Origin: Callorhinchus milii
Lineage: Eukaryota
DNA: 64,000 nt
Direction: 5' to 3'
NCBI RefSeq assembly: GCF_018977255.1
Contig: NW_024704743.1
Location: 19,098,001-19,162,000, forward strand
Of this stretch, positions 38,395 through 49,418 are shown one piece after another (the stretch's first letter is position 1; each line of letters opens with the position of its first letter). The notes beneath the pieces are model-generated. The model worked only from the letters and a program-made list of their open reading frames with translations, did no database searches and was not told where the DNA came from. The position numbers and the translations under genes are program-made.

Positions 38395-39034
38395 AGGAGG
38401 AGGCAGCGTGCGCCGTGACGTTACAACAATAAGGCGGAGGAGGCAGCGTGCGCCGTGACGTTACAACAATAAGGCGGAGGAGGCAGCGTGCGCCGTGACG
38501 TTACGACAATGAGGCGGAGGAGGCAGCGTGCGCCGTGACGTTACGACAATGAGGCGGAGGAGGCAGCGTGCGCCGTGACGTTACGACAATGAGACGGAGG
38601 AGGAGGAGGCGGCGGCGGCGTGCGCGACGACGTCACGACAGTATGGTGGCGTGCGCGTTGACGTCGGCTATGCCAGTGGCGGCTCGCGGCGCCGCTCGCG
38701 GGATAACAGATTCAAACGAGCCGCGGAGAGAAGGGCGGTCGTTAAAGCCGGACGCCGAGCCGTTCGGCTCCGTCGAATGACATGCGGCCCCGGCGCGCCG
38801 CGTCGTTGGCGGCTTTGGGTGTGTGAGTGAGTGAGTGAGAGAGAGAGGAGAGCTCGAGCTCTTCGCGGTGGACGGCGCTCACCCCCTCCCTCCCCTCCCC
38901 CCCCCCCCCCCCCCCCCCCCCGGACAGCCAGGGTTCAACCGGTAAATCGTGGAGCGGGGCCGGGGAAGAGGTGTGGAAGCCGGGAGCCGGCGCTGGCAGC
39001 TGTGGCCGAGGCGCCCGCCCGCGCCCCCCCCGAC
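38395..39034 (+). promoter_or_regulatory. ARL5B: ARL5B CpG-island promoter / 5' UTR
   Basis: CpG-rich region immediately upstream of ATG 39035; multiple TGACG (CRE/ATF half-site) motifs. Confidence 0.75.
38401..38600 (+). repeat. 5 x 40-bp tandem repeat (AGGCAGCGTGCGCCGTGACGTTACRACAATRAGGCGGAGG)
   Basis: Units start at 38401, 38441, 38481, 38521 and 38561. Confidence 0.97.
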
Positions 39035-39080
39035 ATGGGGCTTTTGTTCTCCAGGTTTCGGAGCTTCTTTTGTAACCAAG
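39035..39080 (+). CDS. ARL5B: ARL5B exon 1 (MGLLFSRFRSFFCNQ; Gly2 myristoylation site)
   Basis: GACATGG Kozak context; 46 nt; CAAG|gtagg donor. Confidence 0.95.
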
Positions 39081-39100
39081 GTAGGTTCCAGCTGTCGAGG

Positions 39101-40070
39101 CTCCCTCCCTCCTCCCCCCCTTTCCCCCCTTCCTCCCCCCCCCTTTCCCCCTCTCCTCCCCCCTTTCCCCCTCTCCCCCCCTTTCCCCTCTCCCCCCCCC
39201 TTTCCCCCCTCCCTCCCCCCCTTTCCCCCTCCCCCCCTTTCCCCTCCCCCCCCCTTTCCCCCTCCTCCCCCTTTCCCCCCTCCCTCCCCCCCTTTCCCCT
39301 CTCCTCCCCCTTTCCCCCTCCCTCCCCCCCTTTCCCCTCTCCTCCCCCTTTCCCCCCTCCCTCCCCCCTTTCCCCCCTTCCTCCCTTCCCCCCTTCCCCC
39401 TCTCCTCCCTCCCCCCATCTGTTTGCTCTGAGGTCTGGTCTGTGGTTGCGTTATAACCAGAGCTCTCTTTCCCCCCCTCCCTCCCCCCCCCCAAGTCCCT
39501 CACCCTCTCACCTCCCCAAGTCCCTCACCCTCTCACCTCCCCAGTCCCTCACCCTCTCACCTCCCCAGTCCCTCACCCTCCCCCCCAGTCCCTCACCCTC
39601 CCCCCCAGTCCCTCACCCTCCCCCCCCCAGTCCCTCACCCTCCCCCCAGTCCCTCACCCTCCCCCCCCCAGTCCCTCACCCTCCCCCCAAGTCCCTCACC
39701 CTCTCACCTCCCCCAGTCCCTCACCCTCTCACCTCCCCCAGTCCCTCACCCTCCCCCCCCAGTCCCTCACCCTCCCCCCCCAGTCCCTCACCCTCCCCCC
39801 CCCAGTCCCTCACCCTCCCCCCCCCAGTCCCTCACCCTCCCCCCCCAGTCCCTCACCCTCCCCCCCCCCAAGTCCCTCACCCTCTCACCTCCCCGAGTCC
39901 CTCACCCTCTCACCTCCCCGAGTCCCTCACCCTCTCACCTCCCCAAGTCCCTCACCCTCTCCCCCCCCCCAGTCCCTCACCCTCTCACCTCCCCAAGTCC
40001 CTCACCCTCTCACCTCCCCAAGTCCCTCACCCTCTCACCTCCCCAAGTCCCTCACCCTCTCACCTCCCCC
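39101..40070 (+). repeat. Polypyrimidine C/T tract (39101-39420) and CCCCAGTCCCTCACCCT(CTCACCT) minisatellite (39490-40070)
   Basis: Direct reading of the sequence. Confidence 0.95.
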
Positions 40071-40452
40071 ATGTTATTCCAGTTGAATCTCAGTGAACAC
40101 GAGTGAGTTTGCTGCTGGAGGGTATGGTATGGACTCCCCCCCCCCCCCCCACCACACCCCCCCCTCCCACCTCTCCCAGGACCGAGCTGCAAATGCAAAT
40201 ATTAAACAGGAGCAATTTTGTCAAGGTGGGGAGAGGAGGGAAGGGATGGTGGTGGTGGTGGATGGAGAGCGAAATCTAAATTCCTTGAAATGCTGATTTT
40301 TTTTTTGGCGAAAAGCAAATAAAAGAAAAATGTCAATGGAGAATTCGGTATATAAGAAATTTGGAAAACAATGTGTGTGTGGGGGGGTGGTGTGGGTGTG
40401 TGTGTGTGTGTCTCACTTTGTTTTTGGCCAAGTTTTAGATTGCTTCTCGTTT

Positions 40453-40771
40453 AGTCCTGTAGCTCAGTGGTTAGAGCACTCGCTTTGCAAGTGAGAGACC
40501 TGAGTTCAATTCCAGGCAGAGGGCGAAACCTTGGGCAAGTTTCCTTACTCCACACAGAGCCTAATAATAATCCCTCCAAAACCAAAAACAATAATAAATT
40601 GGTCATTTTCAATCTACGACTGTTTGTGGGACATTGCTGTGCGCAATTGGCTGCCGCGTTCGCCCACAAATATACAGTCAATTCACTTTACAGTGTGTTC
40701 TGTGAAGCGCTTTGAGACGTCCTCCCGACGTGAAAAGCGCTATATCAAATGCAAAGATTATTATTATTATT
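40453..40771 (+). mobile_element. Full-length young tRNA(Ala-TGC-like)-derived SINE with L2-like 3' end and (TAT)n tail
   Basis: A box TAGCTCAGTGG, B box GAGTTCAATTCC; near-identical copies elsewhere in the window. Confidence 0.93.
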
Positions 40772-41161
40772 AGGGATAGGGTTCGCTGCGACTCAGTCGT
40801 GCCTTTTTCGGTGTTTGTGTAAGGAGCGAATGAGAGGTTTCTGACTGGAGTGAGGGGGGGGGAAACAGTTTTCCTTCACCTTGTCTTCCCTGTGGGGGGG
40901 GAATTAATTGTGGAAACTGCTCCAGCACCTGTCGAGATTTGGTGACTTTTGCAACTCCTGAGCCCAAACTCTTGTCGCTGCTGTGATGGCTTTGGAACGA
41001 GCCCCAGGCTGCTGGGGCTCCTGTGAGACTCGGTTATGTGTTAACATGTTTGATGAAATGTTAGTGCTCGGGAATTGGAGAGCTTTGGTCACCCAGTCAG
41101 CATTGGCATCAAAATTATCTCTGTTAATAGAGAACATGCAACAGATGTTGGTACATACGTT

Positions 41162-41484
41162 ATAATAATAATAATAATAATAATCCTCGCATTTGATGTA
41201 GCGCTTTTCACGTCGGGAGGACGTCCCAAAGCGCTGCACAGAACACACTGTAAAGTGAATTGACTGTATATTTGTGGGCGAACGCGGCAGCCAATTGCGC
41301 ACAGCAATGTCCCACAAACAGTCGTAGATTGAAAATGACCAATTTATTATTGTTTTTGGTTTTGGAGGGATTATTATTAGGTGTGTGGAGTAAGGAAACT
41401 TGCCCAAGGTTTCGCCCTCTGCCTGGAATTGAACTCAGGTCTCTCGCTTGCAAAGCGAGTGCTCTAACCACTGAGCTACAGGAC
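41162..41484 (-). mobile_element. Full-length SINE, same family
   Basis: Reverse complement of 40453-40771. Confidence 0.93.
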
Positions 41485-42739
41485 GCCACAAATTGTGTGT
41501 GTTGTAGAACTAATACAATTAGCCGCAATACAATTTATATTTCTATAGGACCTTTCATGTCGAGATGATATCTCAAAGCACTTGACGCCGCTGGGTTGAG
41601 GGTGGGAGCTAAAAGGGATCCAGGAGGGGGAAGATGAACAAAAGTGCGATTGGTTTCAAAGAAGTACATCTTCAGACGAGCCTCGAACGAGGAAGGAGTG
41701 AGGCAGGATTGACTCTGGGATGATGTTCAGAGAGCAGAATGTGGATCTGTAACTCTTGAGCTCCTGACATTATATAATTTGTCTGTTGCTGGGTAGATCT
41801 TGGAGAATCAAATAACTTGATGGCTGGGAGGGTCAGTACGAGCCTGTGCACGAACAAAACCTATCTGGTCAGAGTGAGTCCTCATTTTGCTCACGGTCAG
41901 ATCATGATGGTTCCTGATACTGTACCAGTGTAGCAATAGTGACAGTTTTTGCTGCCAGTGGAGGCGTTGAGAAAATTTCATGCAAGCCTCAGCATCTTTT
42001 GGAGGGTCTCCAAATAGGTATCAGAATCATACTTTCATTGATTAAGTTTTAGAGGTGGAAAAGCACTGTGTTGACAGTCTGCATCACTTAGATGTATTGC
42101 TTATATTTTTACATTTCACTTGGGAGAGTAAGTTTAACCCAACTAAAGAAAATTCTACTGTTATCCTGGTAGCTCAGCTGGGCATACAGCCTGGGAAGTT
42201 CTGGGATTCATCTCAACCACAGTATATTTGGGGTTTTACAATTGGCAACAGATCTCTAATCAGATGGATCAGGAATGGGGCAAAATGGCCAGTTGTTCTA
42301 CTTCTGATTATTAACTGTAACCAGTTACCTTTGTGTGGACCATTGTCATTTATCCATTGCCAAATTGCCTGCCAATAAATACACTGTCAAAGTTTACATG
42401 GGAATAATGGCCAATTGAATGAGAGGATATCTGTCATTCATTGAAATAAGTAATTCCAATACTCGAAAAGCAGCCTCATGGAGATCTGCCACATTAATTG
42501 GCAAAGACTTGCTTGGATGACTTATCTGCCCCGTCTCCCTTGTTCACTATCCAATCCCTCCACTGTACAGCTCTCCGAGGTGCTATCCTGTGTGTGTTTG
42601 ATACCTTTTAGTTCAGCGTCAATCCACTGAGATGCTACCTGAGTGAAAAGTGCTATCTAAATGCAGGTTCTTGTAGATTGCAACTGAGTTGCATTTTCAA
42701 CAATTATTATTTGTGATTGTGCAAAATATTGTTTTACAG

Positions 42740-42800
42740 AACATAAAGTTATAATAGTTGGCCTGGACAATGCAGGAAAGACTACCATCCTTTATCAATT
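42740..42800 (+). CDS. ARL5B: ARL5B exon 2 ([22 protein letters not shown]-loop)
   Basis: 61 nt, AG/GT flanks; GLDNAGKT motif. Confidence 0.97.
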
Positions 42801-45800
42801 GTAAGTAATATCTCTTTTGCATGTTTAACAACAAAGTAATAATAATGATGCTTGCATTTGGTATAGTGTGTCATCAAGACTTCTCAAAGTGCTTTACAGG
42901 ATTTTACTATGAAGTGTAGTGACCATATTTGCAGTCCAACATTCTAGATGTTAACCTTGACCAACATTTGAGATCTTGATTAGATAATTACAGTACAGTA
43001 TATAGTGTTATAAAAATCAAGATCTTGAATATATTTAGTCTCACATATTTTCCTCCTTACAAGGTAGGAGTTTTCGTTGATGAGATTCCTTAAGGTCACC
43101 TTCTCAAGTTTTCTCTGGCCTCATTGTATCTCATTCCAGTCTTTTTTAAAAAAGGGCTGGTGACTTCCATTATATTGTTCTTCACTTGATACCTTCAGTA
43201 GGCGTTCCATGTGTATTGTGCTGCATCCTAAAAGAGTAATATCTTTGATTAGTTGGGGATCTTCATGGTCCGTTATGGAAGATATCACTAGGCTTTGCCC
43301 TAATGTCTCGCTATGTACTTGAAGTTGCTTTTCCAACACTATTGGGGTATGTTGGACATCTTGGAATCTATTCTTTGTTGCTTTCCATCCCATAAAGTTG
43401 TCAGTATTATGGTACTGTTTTTGACGTTTGGCCTTCCCATTCCTTTCTCTCTCTTTGTTCAATTATTAAGGTATATTGCTTATCTTAGAGTGGTGTGTTT
43501 TTACTTTTAATATTGTGATGCTGACTTCATAAAATTATGGTCTCGGAACATCATTTCCTCTCCGTCCCCAATTTTGGATGTTACCCATTAATAAATTGTT
43601 TCTAGGTTGATTTTGAATAATAAAGTTTATTTTTAAAAAGTAAAATGATACCCATAAGAAAGTCCAATGTTAGAGGTTTGGATTTTGCTGACTTGGCTTC
43701 TATTCTTGGATATCAATTTGTGGCTAATGGATATTAATTTCACACTCCATCAGCCTCTAATCATGTAAAAAAAGATGAGAGACTGAGATACAGTTTTTTA
43801 AATTTTAACATTGTGATTGCCACCCCTTCCTCTCCCCTCCCCAGTAAAAAGGGTTGCATACTGAAAATGTTGAAATACAGGGTGCTACAAGCCTAGAGCT
43901 GTTATGTAATATTTTCTTGTCTTTTAATCGATAGCCATGGAAAGAAAGCAAAAACAAAATTCTGTATTTATTTCAGTTCAGTCAAAATGTGATTGTTAGA
44001 ATGGCACTCTGCCCTCTCATCTTGGCTAAGGCTTGACAATATTCTTTCAGCGTGAGTAGGTAGTCGAGATCATGAACAATGTTGGAATTCTGAAATATCA
44101 CTTTGCAGGAAGTTGCAAAACTGTTGGTGCCTAAGCTATTTGTAAGATTGGGCATAAGCTCTACATTCCATTTGTATGCAAAGTTGAATTTCTGTTTCAG
44201 CTTTAGTTGAATAGCAATCAGAATATTGAATCCTAAAGAGCTTTCACATGATCAATTTACTCCTCTACACTGTATTAAGGTATCCCCATTCCAATGTTTA
44301 ATCAAGGACTTAAATGTTATTGATCAAGTTTGCTAACCAGTATTTTACAGAATTCATATTGGTTGATTTAAAATTTCCAAAAGGTTTTTGGTGTTGACTT
44401 TTCAAAAGAGCTCCATAATTCAAAATTGTTTTGTTCTCAATTTTAAATAATGATTGAGATATTAGTTGGTAACAGCAGGTTTTTAAACACCCAAAGAGAA
44501 AAGTTCCATCTTGACTCTACATTTACTGTATTTATGTGACATTCTGGAGCATCTGGAATTCGGCAACTTGTTGAAATCAGTGTTAACTTTTGAACCTGGT
44601 TTCAGCAGCTCTTTGAACTTGTGGAAAAGTATTGTAAGGCTGGATGTAAGAATTTGTCGAATTCTAGATGCTCTAAAATGTTACATAAAAAGAATAAATC
44701 TAGACCAAGTGGAATTTCTTCCCATAATATACAACTCTCAACAGTGTTGTTTCCAGAACTGGCACTTACCTCTTTGCAGTCAGTGTGAATCAGTAATTTG
44801 ACCCAGCAGTAGTTTTACAAGTGCGTGTTTATGTTAGAGGTAATGCATTCAAGAGCTTTATTTCACATTGTTGATGGAAACATTTAAATGTTTGCATGCG
44901 CAGCTACTGTCAACAGTATGAAAGAAAACTGCTAGATTGTGACCTTTTTAAAACTGCCTATTACACAAGTTTAGTTCCGCATGTTTTTTGTGGGTCAGCC
45001 CGGTGTCTGACACATGCGGAAACCCATCACCATGCTTAAGAGTATCCAGACCAAGCTGAGATTTCCACGCTTCCCACTTACACATGGAAATCCCAGAGAT
45101 AGATTGTTGGAACGGAATGTGCACTCTCTCCCTGGAGGGACGGATCCTGCTTACTCTTCTTGTTATTACTCTTAAACCTTAAGTAAGTGATCCATAATAA
45201 TGTACCGCGTAGAAACAATGCAGTTTTTTCACAACACTTATTAATGCTACATTTGTTGAGGGCATATGGCCCAAACAAAAGTAATAACCCTTGCATTTTA
45301 TACACCATCTTTCATATTGCGAGGACATCTCAAAATGCTTCACAGGATATACTGTAACGTGTGGACTGTATTTTGTAGACTAAATGCGGCAGCTAATTTG
45401 CGCACAGCAATGACTTGTATACAGCAATGAAGTGTTTGAGCAACTTTACCTGGGAGATTGTTGGCCAGGACACGAGGAGAAACGCCCTTTTCTTGTTGAA
45501 TAATCCCTTGGGATCCTTACTGACCACCTGAACATGGGGTCCTCAGCATACTGCATAGGAGTGCCAGCCCAGACTATTTGAGTTCGAAGTCCTAACGGGC
45601 CTTGAACCTTCAGACTCTGAGGCATGAGTGCTAATTACAGAGCCAAACTGACACCATGGTTACAAGTTAACATTGGTTAGAATATGGACTAAAGGGATTC
45701 CATCAGTATGAGAGCCTTAAGTCAGCAGTGCATTATCTCTCATCAGTGCTTCCCATTTCCACTGTACCATTCTTTGGCATTGCAGTCCTAACTGTCCCAC

Positions 45801-47209
45801 TCAGCCTCTCTTCACCTTTCAATAGCTTTCCTGGTTCTTTAGTCACCTTTGATGTACTCCATTTCCAACCCGTTCCTGCTTCATCGATACGCCCACAATA
45901 CCAAAGTCCACCTCTCCACTACCATCTGCCGAACTGCCTGTTTGACATCAAGTGCCAAGTCGTAACTATACATTGACGTTGATGAGATTGAAATCATCAT
46001 GCTCAGATCGCACCGACTACTCTTGCTTTAATTCCATTAATCTATCTCTCTCTATGCTCACTCAGGCTGCATCCAGAGCATTTTATTTGACCCTAAACTG
46101 AATTTCAAATCTGACATCCGATCCATCACCAGGATTGACTGCCTTCCTTGTCTGCTTGTACCCTATTTTATCATGATCTCTGCTGAAACCTAAACTGCAT
46201 CTGTCATTCATAAGATTAGATGTCTCCAATAGTTGTTCTTGGACTTCCTAGCTTCAACTGTTATAAACTTTAATTAATTCAGAACTTTGGTCAGAGTCGA
46301 GTCTTGAGCTTTTCTCTTTGTTTCTCTCCCCCCACTTGTACATCCTGACAAAACTCAACTAAGTCGAAATGCCACAGTAGATACATTCCAAATTGTCAAT
46401 CTCAGTTTCTGCAATCTCACCACGGTTTTCAGTCAGATCATGCCCTCCAATTGGAAACTGAGGTTTAAGGTCACCACACAAGTATTATCTGGAGCCATTT
46501 CCCAAAGGCAACTTTCTTTTGTCCTCCTATCTTTCTCCCTGCTTTCAAAATGCTTCTAAATACCCATTCCTGCAACCATAACAACAGATTGCATTTATAT
46601 AGCACCCCTCACGCAGTGTTAGATATATGTTTTACATAAGTGGCACTACATAATACATGGTTTTATTCTCTTGTTCTAGCTAACAGGAGATAACAATATT
46701 GCAGGCATGAAGTTCAATTTTAAATGAAATGTTTCACTTTGTTTTATTGTCATTGTATCATTTCAAAGAAGATTTATGTAGGATATTGTCAGCAATGTGT
46801 TTCAAAATATCTTTTTCTCATTGAGAAAAAAAGTACTTTTTTATGAATGCATGCATTCTGAGATTATTACACTGAGATTTTCAGACAGGTTAAGATTCTG
46901 CAATATCTTAACCAGAAATTCAAGGGTCATCAGTCTTGTCACCAGAATATCATTGAAGCACGATGGTGACTTTTTAAATGAAAGCCCCTGAGTTGAATGA
47001 ATAAAATTCACACCCTGGCACTCAATCCACCACTATTCTGCTAATACTCTTCAACTATTTCCTAGACCTGCTATCCCACAAATTATTTTTTGTTTTGTGA
47101 ATGAATATTGCAAAGAAAAAGCAGCTTTTATACAGTGCTCTGTTCAAAAGAGTGAGGAATTAGCCAAATTATACGAGATTATGCTTTTTTTTACCCTTTT
47201 CTTTTCTAG

Positions 47210-47357
47210 TTTGATGAATGAAGTTGTTCACACGTCGCCTACCATTGGAAGCAATGTAGAGGAGATAGTGGTTAAAAATACACATTTCCTTATGTGGGAC
47301 ATTGGTGGACAGGATTCCCTACGTTCATCATGGAATACTTATTACACCAATACTGAG
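47210..47357 (+). CDS. ARL5B: ARL5B exon 3 ([18 protein letters not shown]...[21 protein letters not shown])
   Basis: 148 nt; switch I/II, WDIGGQ motif. Confidence 0.97.
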
Positions 47358-47949
47358 GTACGTGAACTACTCAAAATAAGTATCAAGTTCATTATTTTAA
47401 ATTGGCTTTTGCGATTTGGAATTTAGGAGTATACATGTCTCGGACCATCAATGGAATCTAAATAAGAATCACTACACTTGTAGGCTTAGTATTTCAAGAA
47501 TATATGAATTACCTTAGAGTTACTAATATTTAGCGCTTGATAAAGTGGGAATGAATGATATTCCATATTTTCAGGAGATGGATATCAACACGAGAGCCAG
47601 TGTGTTGCTTTATGGTTGGCTAAGTAAAACTTTTAAAAGTGATACAAATATAGAAGGCTTTAAATAAACCCAACTGTTCCTTGTTTCACTGTGTTCTGTC
47701 CAGTAGACTATTGTGTGTACTACTGGTGTTCTGGAAATGAAACCAATAATCATTTTAACTCAAAACTGAAAATGTAGGTATCTTGGAATGCCCAGAATCC
47801 CCGTTGGTTGATTATCTTCCATATTTTCTAAGGAAACAGAGTAGACATGGTCTTGGCACAAATTATAATTTCACAATTTTTCACAATTTTTTACTATGTC
47901 CCATATCAAATAAGTCAAACTAATGATTTTAATTGAATTAAAATTTGCT

Positions 47950-48290
47950 AGGTGTCAGTCTGGCACAGTTAATGGTACTCTCACTTCTGAGTCAGAGGGT
48001 GGTGGGTTCAAGACCCACGTCGGGATTTTGAGCTCAAAGTCGAGGCTGATGCTCCATTGTAATGAAATACTTGGCAGACCTGCATTGTCAAGTGATGCCA
48101 TCTTTCAGATTAGGCAGTTAACTGAGGCCCAATCTCCCTGTTCAGGTGAACGTCCCATGGCACTAATCAAAAAGCGAAGGGAGTTTCTCACATTCTCTGG
48201 CTCAACAATCCCTTAGGTACAATTGGTCATTCACTTCATGGCTGTTTGTGTGTGCTGTATGCCAATTGATTGCTAGGTTTGCCTATGATT
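47950..48290 (+). mobile_element. Older SINE subfamily (related relics at ~23885-24175, 26632-27020, 45283-45655, 63665-64000)
   Basis: tRNA-like head (GGGTTCAAG.CC), GATCCCATGGCACTA-type central core, shared 3' core. Confidence 0.6.
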
Positions 48291-48294
48291 GCAC

Positions 48295-49418
48295 ATGGTG
48301 CATATCCGCAGACATGGAGTTAACTTCCACATGTATGCGGATGACACCCAACTCTACCTTTCCTCCTCTACTCTCAACTCCACGCCCACCGATGTCCTGA
48401 CAGCTGCCTGTCCGACATCGAGTCCTGGACGAGAGACCACTTTCTTCAGCTCAACGTGCGAAAAACCGAGGCCCTCCTGATTGGTTCGCGTCAGCGCCTC
48501 CGCACCTCAGGCGCCGACACCATCAGCATCCAAGGCTGCACTCTCCACCTCTCAAAGCCAGTCAGGAACCTCGGGGTTCTGTTCGACCCTGAGCTGTCCT
48601 TTCTCCCTCACATCCGCACCACGACTGGCACCGCCTTCCATCACCTCCGGAACATCGCCAGACTACGGCATTACCTCACCCCTCACGCTGCTGAAACCCT
48701 GGTCCACGCCTTTGTCACCTCAAGGCTGGACTATGGGAACTCTCTCCTCGCCGGCCTTCCCGCCACCTCCCTCCACACGCTGCAGGTCATTCAGAACTCT
48801 GCAGCTCATGTACTGTCCCGCACCAGGCTTCGGGACCACATCACTCCCACCCTCGCTCGCCTCCACTGGCTCCCCATCCCCCAGAGGATTGATTTCAAGA
48901 TCCTCATCCTCACCTACAAGGCCATTCATGGCCTCGCTCCCTCCTACCTCTCCAACCTACTATCCCCCTACCTACCTGCCCGTACCCTCCGTTCCTCTGG
49001 CTCCGGTCTGCTCCACGTCCCCCGCCCCAACTGCCCTACCATCGGTGGTCGGGCCTTCAGCCTCTCAGCCCCGAGGCTCTGGAACTCTATCCCCCAGTGC
49101 CTTCGCCGCCTCCTCCCTTTCCTCCTTCAAGGCCGGTCTCAAAACCTTTCTCTTTGACCGAGCCTTCAGCTCCCCTCTTGACTCTCTTCCCCCTTCTCGC
49201 TCCCTCCCTCCCCTCACCCTGACCATTTCCCCCCTCCTCGCTCCCTCCCTTCCCTCCCCTCACCCTGACCATTTCCCCCTCCTCTCTCCCTCCCTTCCCT
49301 CCCCTCACCCTGACCATTTCCCCCCTGCTCGGGTCATGACCCAACTGTGCAGCGCCTTGGGACGTCCTCCTGACGTGAAAGGCGCTTTATAAATGGAATC
49401 TTGTTGTTGTTGTTGTTG
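48295..49418 (+). mobile_element. Young 5'-truncated L2-clade LINE
   Basis: FHMYADDTQLY; 233-aa open ORF2 C-terminus (48456-49157); many CpGs retained; (TTG)n tail. Confidence 0.95.

Noticed and set aside
38401..38600. CRISPR-like regular 40-bp periodicity
   Set aside because: No unique spacers and a eukaryotic context; it is a plain tandem repeat
38742..40096. Long Pro-rich and Gly-rich ORFs (421, 253, 179 and 160 aa)
   Set aside because: Read-through of ARL5B exon 1 into stop-free C/T low-complexity intron sequence
40453..40525. tRNA-Ala(TGC)-like cloverleaf (also in other copies)
   Set aside because: Acceptor stem does not pair and the sequence continues into the SINE body, so it is a SINE head, not a tRNA gene
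40451..41568. Recurrent ORFs such as MVRALALQARDLSS... and MGKFPYST...
   Set aside because: Translations of SINE copies repeated throughout the window
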